Part shown: positions 1 through 10,863 of the stretch, piece after piece
Numbering within the stretch: position 1 is the first letter of the stretch
Layout of the letters: each line of letters opens with the position of its first letter
From: Eledone cirrhosa
Lineage: Eukaryota
Assembly (NCBI GenBank): GCA_964016885.1
Contig: OZ024746.1
Span: 64,790,001-64,854,000 of the forward strand
Direction of reading: 5' to 3'
Length of the DNA stretch: 64,000 nt
Program-made: the position numbers and the translations under genes
Notes under the pieces: model-generated
What the model saw: only the letters and a program-made list of their open reading frames with translations
Database searches by the model: none
Told to the model about the DNA's origin: nothing

Positions 1-170
1 CAAAAAAGCACCCTGCCCACACTGTAAAACGGAAAAAAAGCACCCAGCACTCAGTGTAAATGAGGTTGGTGTTAGGAAGGGCATCCAGCTGTAGAAATCA
101 AGCCAGAATCAGTTCCCGTCCCACCCTTGCAAGCAGGGAAAAGCGGACGTAAAATGGTGATGATGATGAT
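1..170 (+). mobile_element. 3' tail of an RTE-dependent SINE (or RTE LINE variant), ending in (GAT)n
   Basis: Nearly identical to the reverse complement of 14735-14860 and to the LINE 3' UTR at 14483-14612 (aaaaagcacccagcactc..tgtaaatgaggttggtgttaggaagggcatccagctgtagaaatcaagccag). Ends ggacgtaaaatggtgatgatgat, followed by (TA)n. Confidence 0.85.
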
Positions 171-184
171 ATATATATATATAT

Positions 185-243
185 CAAACCCATGCTAGCG
201 TGGAAGATGGATGTTAAACGATGATGATGATGATGATGCTGAT
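185..243 (+). mobile_element. Extreme 3' fragment of the RTE LINE family with (GAT)n tail
   Basis: aacccatgctagcgtggaaga matches the LINE end at 14670-14690; followed by (gat)n and flanked by (TA)n. Confidence 0.75.
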
Positions 244-255
244 ATATATATCTAT

Positions 256-374
256 ATATTTATTATAATAACAGATTAAAGTTTAAGCAAAGAATTGCTG
301 CTTTCACTCTTAACGGGATCTTCTGAAAGCAGCGATTCTTTGCTTAAACTTTAATCTGTTATTTTAATAAATAT
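256..374. repeat. Inverted repeat, 51-bp arms (2 mismatches), 17-nt spacer
   Basis: 256-306 is the reverse complement of 324-374 (checked by eye). Confidence 0.9.
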
Positions 375-478
375 TTGCTCTAGGGTTCTTATATATCTGA
401 TCTATATTTATCCTTATCGAGCCCTCTTTGGATTTTAGTCTTCAAATTTATTATTATTACTATTATTATTATTATTAC

Positions 479-521
<43 letters not shown>

Positions 522-523
522 TT

Positions 524-650
524 ATATGAAAAGATTCAGGACCTAGATGGCTGAGCTCAGGCCATTTCGACAGCTAGATCCGAACTTAGTTTGCATCTAA
601 CTGTCGAAATGACCCAAGCTCAGCCACCGGGGTCCTGAATCTTTTCATAT
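524..650. repeat. Long imperfect palindrome (56-bp arms), MITE-like, next to (TA)n
   Basis: atatgaaaagattcaggacc...ctagat pairs with atctaa...ggtcctgaatcttttcatat; 7 non-Watson-Crick positions. The element probably extends to ~725, where (TA)n resumes. Confidence 0.85.
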
Positions 651-893
651 TACCCACTCTACTACCCCAAGTATTGAGTACTCTGGTGGGTTATGGTCCA
701 CCTGATTTTTTACCACACCCTATCTGATATATATATATATAGTGTGTGCATGTGTGTGTTTATGTGTAAATCTGTATGTGTGGGGATTATGTTCGCATGT
801 GTCTGTGAATGTGTCATTTGCAGAACATTGATATTGTAAAATTCTTGCTAAGTGATTGCTGCACACTCTCTTCTTTAAGTATCCCTTAAGACT

Positions 894-1447
894 ATACTAC
901 TACAACAACAACTACAACAACTTCTATCACCACCACCACTACCACCACTACTACTACTACTACAACTTCTATCACCACCACTACTACTACTACTACAACT
1001 ACAACTTCTATCACCACCACCACCACCACCACTACCACTACTACTACTACTACTACAACTTCTATCACCACCACCACAACTACTACTACTACAACTTCTA
1101 TCACCACTACTACTACAACTACAACAACTTCTAACACTACCACTACTACTACTACAACTTCTATCACCACTACTACAACTACAATTTCTAACACTACCAC
1201 TACTACTACAACTTCTATCACCACCACCACCACCACCACCACTACTACTACTACTTCTATCACCTCCACCACCCCACCACCACCACCACTACTACTACTA
1301 CAACTTCTATCACCACTACTACAACTACAATTTCTAACACTACCACTACTACTACAACTTCTATCATCACCACCACAACTATTACTACTACTACTACTAC
1401 TACAATCACCACCAACACCACTACTACTACTACTACTAACTAACTAA
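894..1447. repeat. Compound (CTA/CCA/CAA)n trinucleotide array with recurring actacaacttctatcaccac anchor
   Basis: Seen directly; explains the poly-Y/H and poly-V ORFs. Confidence 0.95.
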
Positions 1448-2295
1448 CCACATATAAGTAAGGTTTTATTTTTCTTGGTTTCTAGTGATATTTACAGTTT
1501 TCGGAGTAAAAGCAAATGATGAGCGAATGATATTGTATTGTTATTGTTGTTATTGTTTAGCATTCTGTCAGTACTGGCAAAGTGCCGACTTATGGTGTAA
1601 GACAACCCTTCCATGACCATTCACACTTAAACCCCAGTCATATTGTACTTTGGTCAACACTGTAATGGGTCATTTTTATTTAAATTGTTAGTGTGGATTT
1701 TGAGGGGGAAATTTGGCTGTTATGTCTAGCAGATTAAGTATCTTACTTGTGGAGCCCATCATCATAAGCATAATTAATCATCATCATCACCTTCCATCAT
1801 CATCATCATCATCATCATTATCATTTGCATGTCTGCTCTTCCAGGCTTGAAATGGGTTGATATTGATTATTATATGTCGATTAGTTATTGATCATTGTCA
1901 TATTTTGACAGTGAGACAAAACAAAATATTCATCAGCCTCCACCCACTTACATGTATACACATAAACCAATGAGGTAACCTCTATGCAGTCTCTTGATAT
2001 GCTGGTAATAGCAAACAAATCTCTCTCTAATTACAAGCTTCTATCTTAAATACAGAAGGACACATTGGATATTTATATAGACATCAGAGTACAAAATAAT
2101 ATGATGTAATGTGACCATCACATTACATCATATCTAGGATAAACACCATAAATCTAGGATAAACAACAGAACAACAGCAACAACATGTATGTATACACTT
2201 ATTTGTACTGTATTCTTATGTATATGTGAGCTGCTAAACACATGCATACATACACGCGCAGACACGCACACGAAAACACCTACACACTTACTCAC

Positions 2296-2397
2296 ATAAG
2301 TGATGCTGATGCTTGAAGCTTGTTTAAATGAAGAAAAGTCTTGTACTGGACCAATCTCACTCTCTAAATAATGGTGATAGGTATTCATAGCTGCCAT
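2296..2397 (-). CDS. Possible first coding exon (MAAMNTYHHYLESEIGPVQDFSSFKQASSISITY), product unknown
   Basis: Non-repetitive sequence. ATG at 2397, 34 open codons, then a canonical GTGAGT donor (2295-2290, phase 0). Perfect ETS motif ~70 bp upstream. No recognisable homology. Confidence 0.25.
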
Positions 2398-2464
2398 CAA
2401 ATCACAGATTTTACATCAGAGTTTTTCTTCTAGAATGAAGTCCTAACAAGTACCTGAGGTCTCT

Positions 2465-2474
2465 CACTTCCGGT
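2465..2474 (-). promoter_or_regulatory. ETS/GABP-type consensus site ACCGGAAGTG
   Basis: cacttccggt on +; exact match to the class I ETS consensus common in core promoters. A forkhead-like tgtttgct lies ~10 bp away. Confidence 0.3.
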
Positions 2475-2512
2475 GGGCTAAGTGTTTGCTCAGGCAACAA
2501 ACGAATGTTGTC

Positions 2513-2547
<35 letters not shown>

Positions 2548-3004
2548 CATATATAGATATATATCACCATCATCATCACCGTTTTTATGTCAATTCTTCC
2601 ATGGGTTAAGTGAAATAACTGGAGGCCAAAAATGTTAAATTTCCTCAAATATTTATTTCTGAAAAAAAAACACTATGCACATTTCAGGTTGTGTAAGAAC
2701 TGGGTGACATCTTCAGGTGTAAACTGCGTAATAGATGTATACCAACAGAAGGAAAGTAAACTTTAAGGAAACAAGCAAAGAAAAAGCAGTGAAGAAAAAA
2801 TGTTTTTGTTTTTGACTTAGAGGTGAACGAGGCAGCATGCTCTTATGCCTCGCCGATATAGATATATATGTACACACTGGTGGATTGCTGTTGACTCCCA
2901 TGAGTTCTTCTGCCCTTTAATGGGTTTTGTTTGTCCAAAAATCACCCTTCTCACCAAGCATGCATACATACATATATATATATATACAACTAAACATACA
3001 TGGA

Positions 3005-3170
3005 AAATGCGTCACATATTTCACATTGCTTCAGTCCACTAAGCTGAAAACAATGAGTTGCAATGTCATTGGTGCCAACTTGTTTTGGCCTTTGTCTTTC
3101 CATTGAACCACATTGGTGATATGGTGAGTAGTGACTTGCATACATGAATGACTTCTGGTCTTCCTTAAAG
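3005..3170 (+). mobile_element. Decayed CORE-type SINE body
   Basis: atttcacattgcttcagtccactaagctgaaaacaatgag resembles the reverse complement of the SINE core at 14920-14960. Confidence 0.6.
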
Positions 3171-3865
3171 CATGTAACATCATCATAGCACAGCATGGTA
3201 TACGAATTGCATATATTCACATTTACCATCAATAATCATATCATAAGATAAATAAAGGCAACATAGTCTTCATGAGGGGTTTCAAAGATGTGGCATGCAG
3301 GCGACATATGGCCTGCAAACTACTTTTTTATGACTTACAGCAGAAGAATTTTCTTGACCAATATTTTCCTAAACATTATCCTAATTTGCCTGTGTTTTAA
3401 TAATATCTATAGTACAATGTTTTTGCAAATTGCCCATGAAATATAATAAAATGGAAGAAGCAGAATTTATAAAAAATGAAAATGATAAAAAGGGATTGCC
3501 CCGCTAAATTTTGTATAAATTCACTTATCCCACTTATTATCATATATGTATTAATTTTGAGGGGGGGGGGGATGATAGATATCAACCTATCAGCTGTTTT
3601 GCAGATTAGTATTATAACTGGTGGAAATTACGACCTTCTCATCTCACTTTTGACCCACTGTGCCACTTCCCCAGGACATACTGGCCCTTTTGAGTTCTTG
3701 CATTTCAGACCTTAGATTTTCATGGTAATTTGACATGCTAGAAATAGCAACTAAATCTTCTTCAAATCACACACTATTGATGTGGAATGAAAGATGAGGA
3801 GGATGCATTGAATAATGCAATCCCACATACCACATTCACAAAAACGAGGTGGTCATGACTGGAAC

Positions 3866-4262
3866 GCCTACCATCATCTTGCCAACAACAACGCTGAGTA
3901 CCTTTTTGATTTCCATGTGTCTAACACACGTGGGTATGCCCACAAAGTCAGAAAACAGCACAGTTCCCATGACTTTTGGAAACATTTTTTCAGGCTCAGA
4001 GTTGCTGAAGCATGGAACAAACTACCTGCATCGGTTGTTAGCTGTCGAGACACTGCATCCTTTAAAACCTCCATGCTTCCCGAGATTCGCCAACACTACA
4101 CCTAATGTTCCCCCTCCATACACATGCACACATGTATATCATGACTCATACACTATTCACTTCCCTGACATTTGTATATTATTCTATGTACTATACATGC
4201 ACCTTTAACGAGTTGTAGTGCACCTGAGCACTTTACACAATAATTTCATTACTATTATTATA
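3866..4262 (+). mobile_element. 5'-truncated CR1-clade LINE: ORF2 C-terminus, 3' UTR and (ATT)n tail
   Basis: Translation ..NTRGYAHKV..KHFFRLRVAEAWNKLPASVV..SFK matches the TRGH..FF..RV...WN.LP..VV....FK C-terminal signature of CR1/L2 ORF2. Stop at 4105; ends attactattattat. Confidence 0.8.
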
Positions 4263-4294
4263 AGTCTGCTCAAGCATACTTTACTTCAAACTAA

Positions 4295-5242
4295 GCAACA
4301 GTAATAACAACTGCAGCAACAGTAATAACAACTGCAGCAACAGTAATAACAACTGCAGCAACATCAATGGCAACATTGTCACCAGCTACCACCCTATTCT
4401 CACAACCATCATCAATAACAACGCCAACAACATCATCATCATCATCATCATCACCATCACCACAACCAATAACACCACCACTCCCATCATCATCATCACC
4501 ACCACCAGCAATGCCACCAACACCACCGTCAACGACAACATCACCATCACCACCATCACCACCAACACCACCACCACCACCAGCAATATCAACATCAACA
4601 TTACCATCACTACCACCAACAACACCATCACCACCACCATCACCACCAGCAATACCACCACCACCACCACCACCACCACCCCAACCCCATCATCACCACC
4701 ACCACCACCACCAACACCACCATTGCCACCAGCAGTACCACTACCAGCAATAACACCACCTCCAGCCCCATCATCATCATCATCATCATCATCCCCACCA
4801 CCACCACCACCACCAGCAGCAGCACCAGCAACACCAGCACAACCACTACCACCACCACCCTCAGCCCCATCACCACCACTACGACCATCACCACTACCAG
4901 CACAACCATCACCCCCCCCCCCCCCCCCCCCCAGCCCCCTTTTCATCCCACTACCCCCCCATCCCAGCCTCCTTTTCATCCCACCACCAGCACCACCATC
5001 ACAACCAGCACCACCACCACCACCATCACCCGGCCCCATCATCATCAACACCACCATCACCCCCTCTCCCCATCTTAGCTTCCTTTTTCATCCCAGCACC
5101 ATCACCACCACCACCACCACCTCCAGCAGCCCTCTTTTCATCCCACCACTAGCAACACCACCACCACCACCGCAGCCCCCTTTTCATCCCCTCCCCCATC
5201 CCACCACCACCACCACCACCACCACCCCTATCACCACCACTA
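4295..5242. repeat. Low-complexity region: 3x 21-bp gcaacagtaataacaactgca, then degenerate (CAC/CAT/CAG)n
   Basis: Seen directly; gives spurious Pro/Gly/Val-rich ORFs. Confidence 0.9.
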
Positions 5243-5389
5243 TAGTAAAACTCCGACTGTTGTTTAGTACACAAACCCAACATACACTGCAATGCATTAC
5301 AATGCATAGCATCCAGGCTTCACAATTTCTCAGTGTGATGATGTCATTGAGATATTTATATTATTATACTAGACTGTAATTACCTTGTG

Positions 5390-5572
5390 TATATCTACCT
5401 ATCTAACTAACTACCTAACTACTTATCCATCTACCTACCTACCTACATACCTACCTATCTATCTATCTATCTATCTCTATCTATCTATATTTTTACACGA
5501 CTGTATGTAAAATCCCCGGCATGTCTTTGTATTGTCCCCTTTTCTTGTTGCGCCCTTGTGGCTAATAAAGAA

Positions 5573-5606
<34 letters not shown>

Positions 5607-5717
5607 TGTTTTTTAAATTGCATTTGTGATAGTATTTTACACGTTTTTATTGTATGTAAACTTCCCCCTTTGTATTTGTCCCCTTCTTTTGTGCCCCTGT
5701 GGCTAATAAAGAAACAC

Positions 5718-5757
<40 letters not shown>

Positions 5758-5915
5758 GGAGATGAGGGCTGCACATTTTTTCGGGGGTATGTGTTACCCA
5801 TATGTAATGTCTCCCCCCTATTGGGGAAAATCGATTAATTTTTAAATTGCATTTGTGATAGTATTTTACACTTGTATTGTCCCCTTCTTTTGTGCCCCTG
5901 TGGCTAATAAAGAAA

Positions 5916-5950
<35 letters not shown>
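5390..5950 (+). mobile_element. Three stacked 3' ends of one non-LTR retroelement family inside (CTAT)n/(CT)n microsatellite
   Basis: tgtccc..tt..tg(c/t)gccc(c/t)tgtggctaataaagaaa occurs near 5535-5573, 5675-5715 and 5875-5915, each followed by a microsatellite. A fourth copy lies at 10611-10643. Confidence 0.7.
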
Positions 5951-5954
<4 letters not shown>

Positions 5955-6392
5955 CTACATTTATGTATTGAACCACAAAGTTACTAAGACAAAACCTATA
6001 TCTTGCTAGCATAAGTATACTTCTGTATAAATATGTTGGTAGATATACTAATTCTTTATACATATATATATATATATATATGCATGGAAAGTGGATGTTA
6101 AACGCTGATGATGGTGATATATATACACATTCACAGATACACGCATACATATATATATATGTATACACACACACGCGCACACACGCACACACACACATAT
6201 ATATATGTTTGTGTGCATATGTCTGTGTAGGCATGTATGCTTGTGTGTGCGTATCTGTACACATATGTGTTTATTTATGACTCTCGGTAAAGAACCATTG
6301 TTGTCTTGAAGAAGAGAAAAGCGGTAAAGGAAGAATTCAAATCTTTCTGTATTCCTACATAAATACCCCCCCCTCTCTCCCTCCCCATCACC

Positions 6393-6449
6393 CCAATATA
6401 GGGCTGTTCACTTTGTGACGTCATTGAAGTAAACCGGTTATCAAGGTCA
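6393..6449. promoter_or_regulatory. Candidate enhancer/promoter: CCAAT, CRE, Grainyhead, GATA and NR5A/ERR consensus sites
   Basis: CCAAT 6393-6397, TGACGTCA 6416-6423, AACCGGTT 6432-6439, TTATCA 6438-6443, TCAAGGTCA 6441-6449, all in a ~180-bp unique island between microsatellites. Confidence 0.45.
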
Positions 6450-6461
6450 ACTGTGTCTACT

Positions 6462-7640
6462 GACACACACACACACATACACAGATAGACACATATAAAC
6501 ACATACACCATACAGAGACATATACACATACAATCACACATCACACATACACCACATACACATACATACACACACACACACCACACACACATGTAAACAC
6601 ATACACCATACTCAGACATACACACACACACACATCACACATATACACACTACACACAAACATACAAACATACAGACATACACTCAGACATATACACACA
6701 CAGACACACACATCACACATATACACGCATACACCACACACACAAACATACAGAGACATATACACATATATACATACACTCAGACATATACACACATAGA
6801 CACATGTAAACACATACACATAAACACTCACATCACACACACAGACATATACATACATATAGACACACACACACACACACACACACAGAGAAATGCACAC
6901 AGACATATACATGCACACACACAGACATATACATACATATAGACACATGCACACACACACATACACACAGACAAATGCATACATAGACACATGCACATAC
7001 AGACATATACATGCACACACAGACATATACATACATATAGACACATGCACATAAACAGACACATGCATACATATAGGCACATGCACACACAGACATATAC
7101 ATGCACACACACACAGACAAATGCATACATATAGACACATGCACACACAGGCACACATGCACACAGACACCTCAAATGTACAGGCATATATACACACTCA
7201 GACACATACATATACACACAGATCTATACATGCATTGCACAAGCCTGCACATACAGAGACACATACATGCACAAGCCTGCACACACCCACACACACTGAC
7301 ATATACAGAGACACACAGACGTATACATGCAAGAGCAAGCCTGCTCACACAAACACACACACACACACACACACTACACCCACACATATATGTGAATACA
7401 TCGACAAACACACACACACACACACACACGCACACTTACACAGATACATACATACATACATACACATAAATACACACACACATATATGCAAGCTCACACA
7501 CACACACAAGCACACACACACATACACGCACACACATATCCAAGTACACACACACACATATGCAAGCACACACACATACATGCACACACACATCCAAGCA
7601 CACACACACACATATATATATACACACACACAGACACAGA
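6462..7640. repeat. Degenerate (CA)n/(CATA)n microsatellite field
   Basis: Seen directly; source of the many CV/HT ORFs. Confidence 0.95.
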
Positions 7641-7939
7641 CATCTGTACAGCAAAAGCCATATTATTTATATAGGCTGTATAAGTTACAGCTGGCTTTCA
7701 ACCAACAATGTGTTACTATGCAACCATTTATGCTGCTAGATGTAGCAATCAAATTTTCCTCAAAGTACACACTTATGAAATGAAACGGACATTAGACTAT
7801 ATGGTTCTAATATATAAAAGAAACCTTTCAGTCATGGCTGGAATATCATTGATAATAAGTTTGTTGAATCCAACCTAACCATGGGCTAAATTATTGCTAC
7901 AGAAATCTGCTTCTTTTATTATTTTTATTAGGTAAAGCT

Positions 7940-8440
7940 GCTGAGGTTAACTTTGCCTTTCATCCTTACGGGGTTCAATAAAATGAAGTACCAGTAATGC
8001 ACTGGGGTCGATTTAATAGACTTTCCCTTTCCCCCCAAATTGTTGGCCTCAGGCCTAAATCAGAAGAGTCGGACGCGATGCTTTGAAGCAAAGAGTTACG
8101 TCCCTTTATGATCTGAGTTCAAATCCCGCCGAGGTTAACTTTGCCTTTCATCCTTACGGGGTTAATAAAATAAAGTATCAGTAATGTACTGGGTAATTGC
8201 TGGCCTTGTGCCAAAAGTAGAAACCATTATTATTATCATTAGGTGGATTGGCAGTATCGGTAGAGGGTCGGACGCCATGCTTTGACGCATAGAGTTACGG
8301 CCCTTGCCATTCTAAGTTCAAATCCCGCCGAGGTTAACTTTGCCTTTCATCCTTACGGGGGTCGATAAAATAAAGTACCAGTAATGTACTGAGTAATTGA
8401 TGGCCTTGTGCCAAAAGTAGAAACAATTATTATTATTGTT
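7940..8440 (+). mobile_element. Three tandem, partly truncated copies of a tRNA-derived SINE with (ATT)n tail
   Basis: gaggttaactttgcctttcatccttacgggg repeated near 7943, 8131 and 8330. Pol III B-box-like gttcaaatccc near 8117 and 8316. Tails ccttgtgccaaaagtagaaac + (att)n. Confidence 0.8.
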
Positions 8441-8459
8441 ATTCAGTACTAGGATGGTG

Positions 8460-8620
8460 TCATCATCATCATCATCATCACCACAACCACCACTTGTATG
8501 TGTTAGACGGGTTGTCACATTTTGAGACAAGACAGATCAGATGACCGTGTCTTGCTCATAAATTCTATTTTGGCATTGGTTTCTATGGCCTCATGCCTTG
8601 CTAATACCAGCCAGACTGTG
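8460..8620 (-). mobile_element. Diverged RTE 3' tail on the minus strand, continuous with the 48-bp minisatellite
   Basis: (cat)n, then gttagacgggttgtc = exact reverse complement of 14658-14672; gaccgtgtcttgctcata is close to the reverse complement of tatgagcaaggcatggtc (14614-14631). Confidence 0.8.
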
Positions 8621-10140
8621 TACTGGGTGTATTTTATCATGGCACCAGCACTATCACATTACATTGTGAACTGATTGCATTTATTGTGGTACCAGCACCC
8701 TCACTTTACAGTGTGGATACTGTACTTTTTATTATGGCACCAACACTACCTCTTTACAGAGTGGGCTGGGTGGATTTTATCATATCACTAGCTCTACAAT
8801 ATTACAGAGCGGGCTGGGTGCATTTTATCATTGCACCAACTCTACCACTTTACAGAGTGGGCTGGGTGGATTTTATCATATCACTAGCTCTACAATATTA
8901 CAGAGCGGGCTGGGTGCATTTTATCATTGCACCAACTCTACCACTTTACAGAGTGGGCTGGGTGGATTTTATCATATCACTAGCTCTACAATATTACAGA
9001 GCGAGCTGGGTGCATTTTATCATGGCACCAACTCTACCACTTTACAGAGTGGGCTGGGTGCATTTTATCATATCACTAGCTCTACAATATTACAGAGCGG
9101 GCTGGGTGCATTTTATCATGGCACCAACTCTACCACTTTACAGAGTGGGCTGGGTGCATTTTATCATGGCACTAACTCTACCACTTTACAGAGTGGGCTG
9201 GGTGGATTTTATCATATTACTAGCTCTACAATATTACAGAGCGGGCTCGGTGCATTTAATCATAGCACCAACACTACCACTTTACAGAGTCAGCTGGGTG
9301 TATTTTATCATAGCACCAACACTACTACTTTACAAAGTCAGCTGGTTGTATTTTATCATAGCACCAACTCTACCACTTTACAGAGTTGGCTGGGTGTATT
9401 TTATCATAGCACCAACACTACTACTTTACAAAGTCAGCTGGTTGCATTTTATCATAGCACCAACTCTACCACTTTACAGAGTCAGCTGGGTGTATTTTAT
9501 CATAGCACCAACACTACTACTTTACAAAGTCAGCTGGTTGTATTTTATCATAGCACCAACTCTACCACTTTACAGAGTCAGCTGGGTGTATTTTATCATA
9601 GCACCAACACTACTACTTTACAAAGTCAGCTGGTTGTATTTTATCATAGCACCAACTCTACCACTTTACAGAGTCAGCTGGGTGTATTTTATCATAGCAC
9701 CAACACTACTACTTTACAAAGTCAGCTGGTTGTATTTTATCATAGCACCAACTCTACCACTTTACAGAGTTGGCTGGGTGTATTTTATCATAGCACCAAC
9801 ACTACTACTTTACAAAGTCAGCTGGCTGCATTTTATCATAGCACCAACTCTACCACTTTACAGAGTCAGCTGGGTGTATTTTATCATAGCACCAACACTA
9901 CTACTTTACAAAGTCAGCTGGTTGTATTTTATCATAGCACCAACTCTACCACTTTACAGAGTCAGCTGGGTGTATTTTATCATAGCACCAACACTACTAC
10001 TTTACAAAGTCAGCTGGTTGTATTTTATCATGGCACCAACTCTACCACTTTACAGAGTGGGATGGGTGCATTTTATCATAGCACCAACTCTACCACTTTA
10101 CAGAGTTTACTGGATGTATTTTATCATGGCACTGGCACTA
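8620..10140. repeat. 48-bp minisatellite (~31 copies) with 96-bp dimeric higher-order pattern
   Basis: Unit gcaccaactctaccactttacagagtgggctgggtgcattttatcat(g/a). 16-aa periodicity in the ORF track, with alternating variants. Confidence 0.95.
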
Positions 10141-10204
10141 CCATTTAATTATAGGAATATATATCTCACCTCAGTACTGGAATGGAGCTCCATTTTGATA
10201 ATAT

Positions 10205-10450
10205 GTGTAAGTGACTGAGCATTCCAAAAATATGTGTGATTCAGCATAACACAATGTATGACAATGCTGGCCCTTTGAATTACAGGTAGAATCCCGCTGA
10301 CATTCTTTTAGTTTTCATCTATCCAACTTCACTCACAAGGCATCAATGAGCCTAAAGATATGGTAAATCTCCCTTGTCCAAGATGCCATGCTTTGGGATT
10401 GAACCCAGGACCACATCATTGTGAAGCAACCTTCTTAACCATTTAGCCCT
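10205..10450 (-). mobile_element. Decayed SINE remnants (tRNA head/CORE-like piece at 10315-10450)
   Basis: cttgtccaagatgccatgc..gggattgaacccaggaccac..cttcttaaccatttagcc reads as a reversed tRNA-like head with B box. Confidence 0.55.
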
Positions 10451-10786
10451 GGTGAGTTTACACCTCAGGACTTGACTGGTACTATATAAACATTATTGGG
10501 TTTTGAACATAGAACATCACAGGCTCTATATAACACATGGAAATTTTTCCTTCTGCTCTAACAACTCTGCTAAATCATTGCCTTGATAGATAGCCAATGA
10601 TTTAGCAGAGTTCTTGTTGCGCCCTTGTGGCTAATAAAGAAATCTATCTATCAAGGCAATGAAGAACAGGCATCTGAAACATGCAGCCCTTTACAAGCAC
10701 ACCTGCAGCCTACACAAAGGGTTTTACAGCGCGAGCATGTTTTATCTTGGTAAAAGTAGTTGTAATGTGTGCAATTAGATGTCATG

Positions 10787-10863
10787 TGTGGCCCTCAGAC
10801 AACACTTATGTGACCCATGTGGCCCTCGGGGGGGGGGGGGGGACCCTCAGTTTGACATGCCTG
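10787..10863. mobile_element. Possible right end of a hAT-type non-autonomous DNA transposon
   Basis: Two tgtggccctc subterminal motifs, then cagtttgacatgcctg, resembling CAG(G)..TCAAAC hAT termini. A similar left-end-like cagggatctcaaa lies near 16338. Confidence 0.35.

Noticed and set aside
2828-2852. Hairpin cgaggca..tgcctcg as a Helitron 3' end
   Set aside because: No CTRR terminus follows and no second copy is in the window; insufficient support.
2990-3232. 80-aa Cys-containing minus-strand ORF
   Set aside because: Overlaps the antisense of a decayed SINE body.
856-7783. Poly-V/H/Y, Pro/Gly-rich and CV/HT ORFs
   Set aside because: Products of tri- and dinucleotide microsatellites.
8620-10140. 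CRISPR-like regular repeat
   Set aside because: Units are contiguous with no unique spacers, no cas genes, and the context is eukaryotic.
8686-10218. 510-aa hydrophobic repeat ORF
   Set aside because: Translation of a 48-bp minisatellite derived from a LINE UTR antisense strand; GTG start; no domain.
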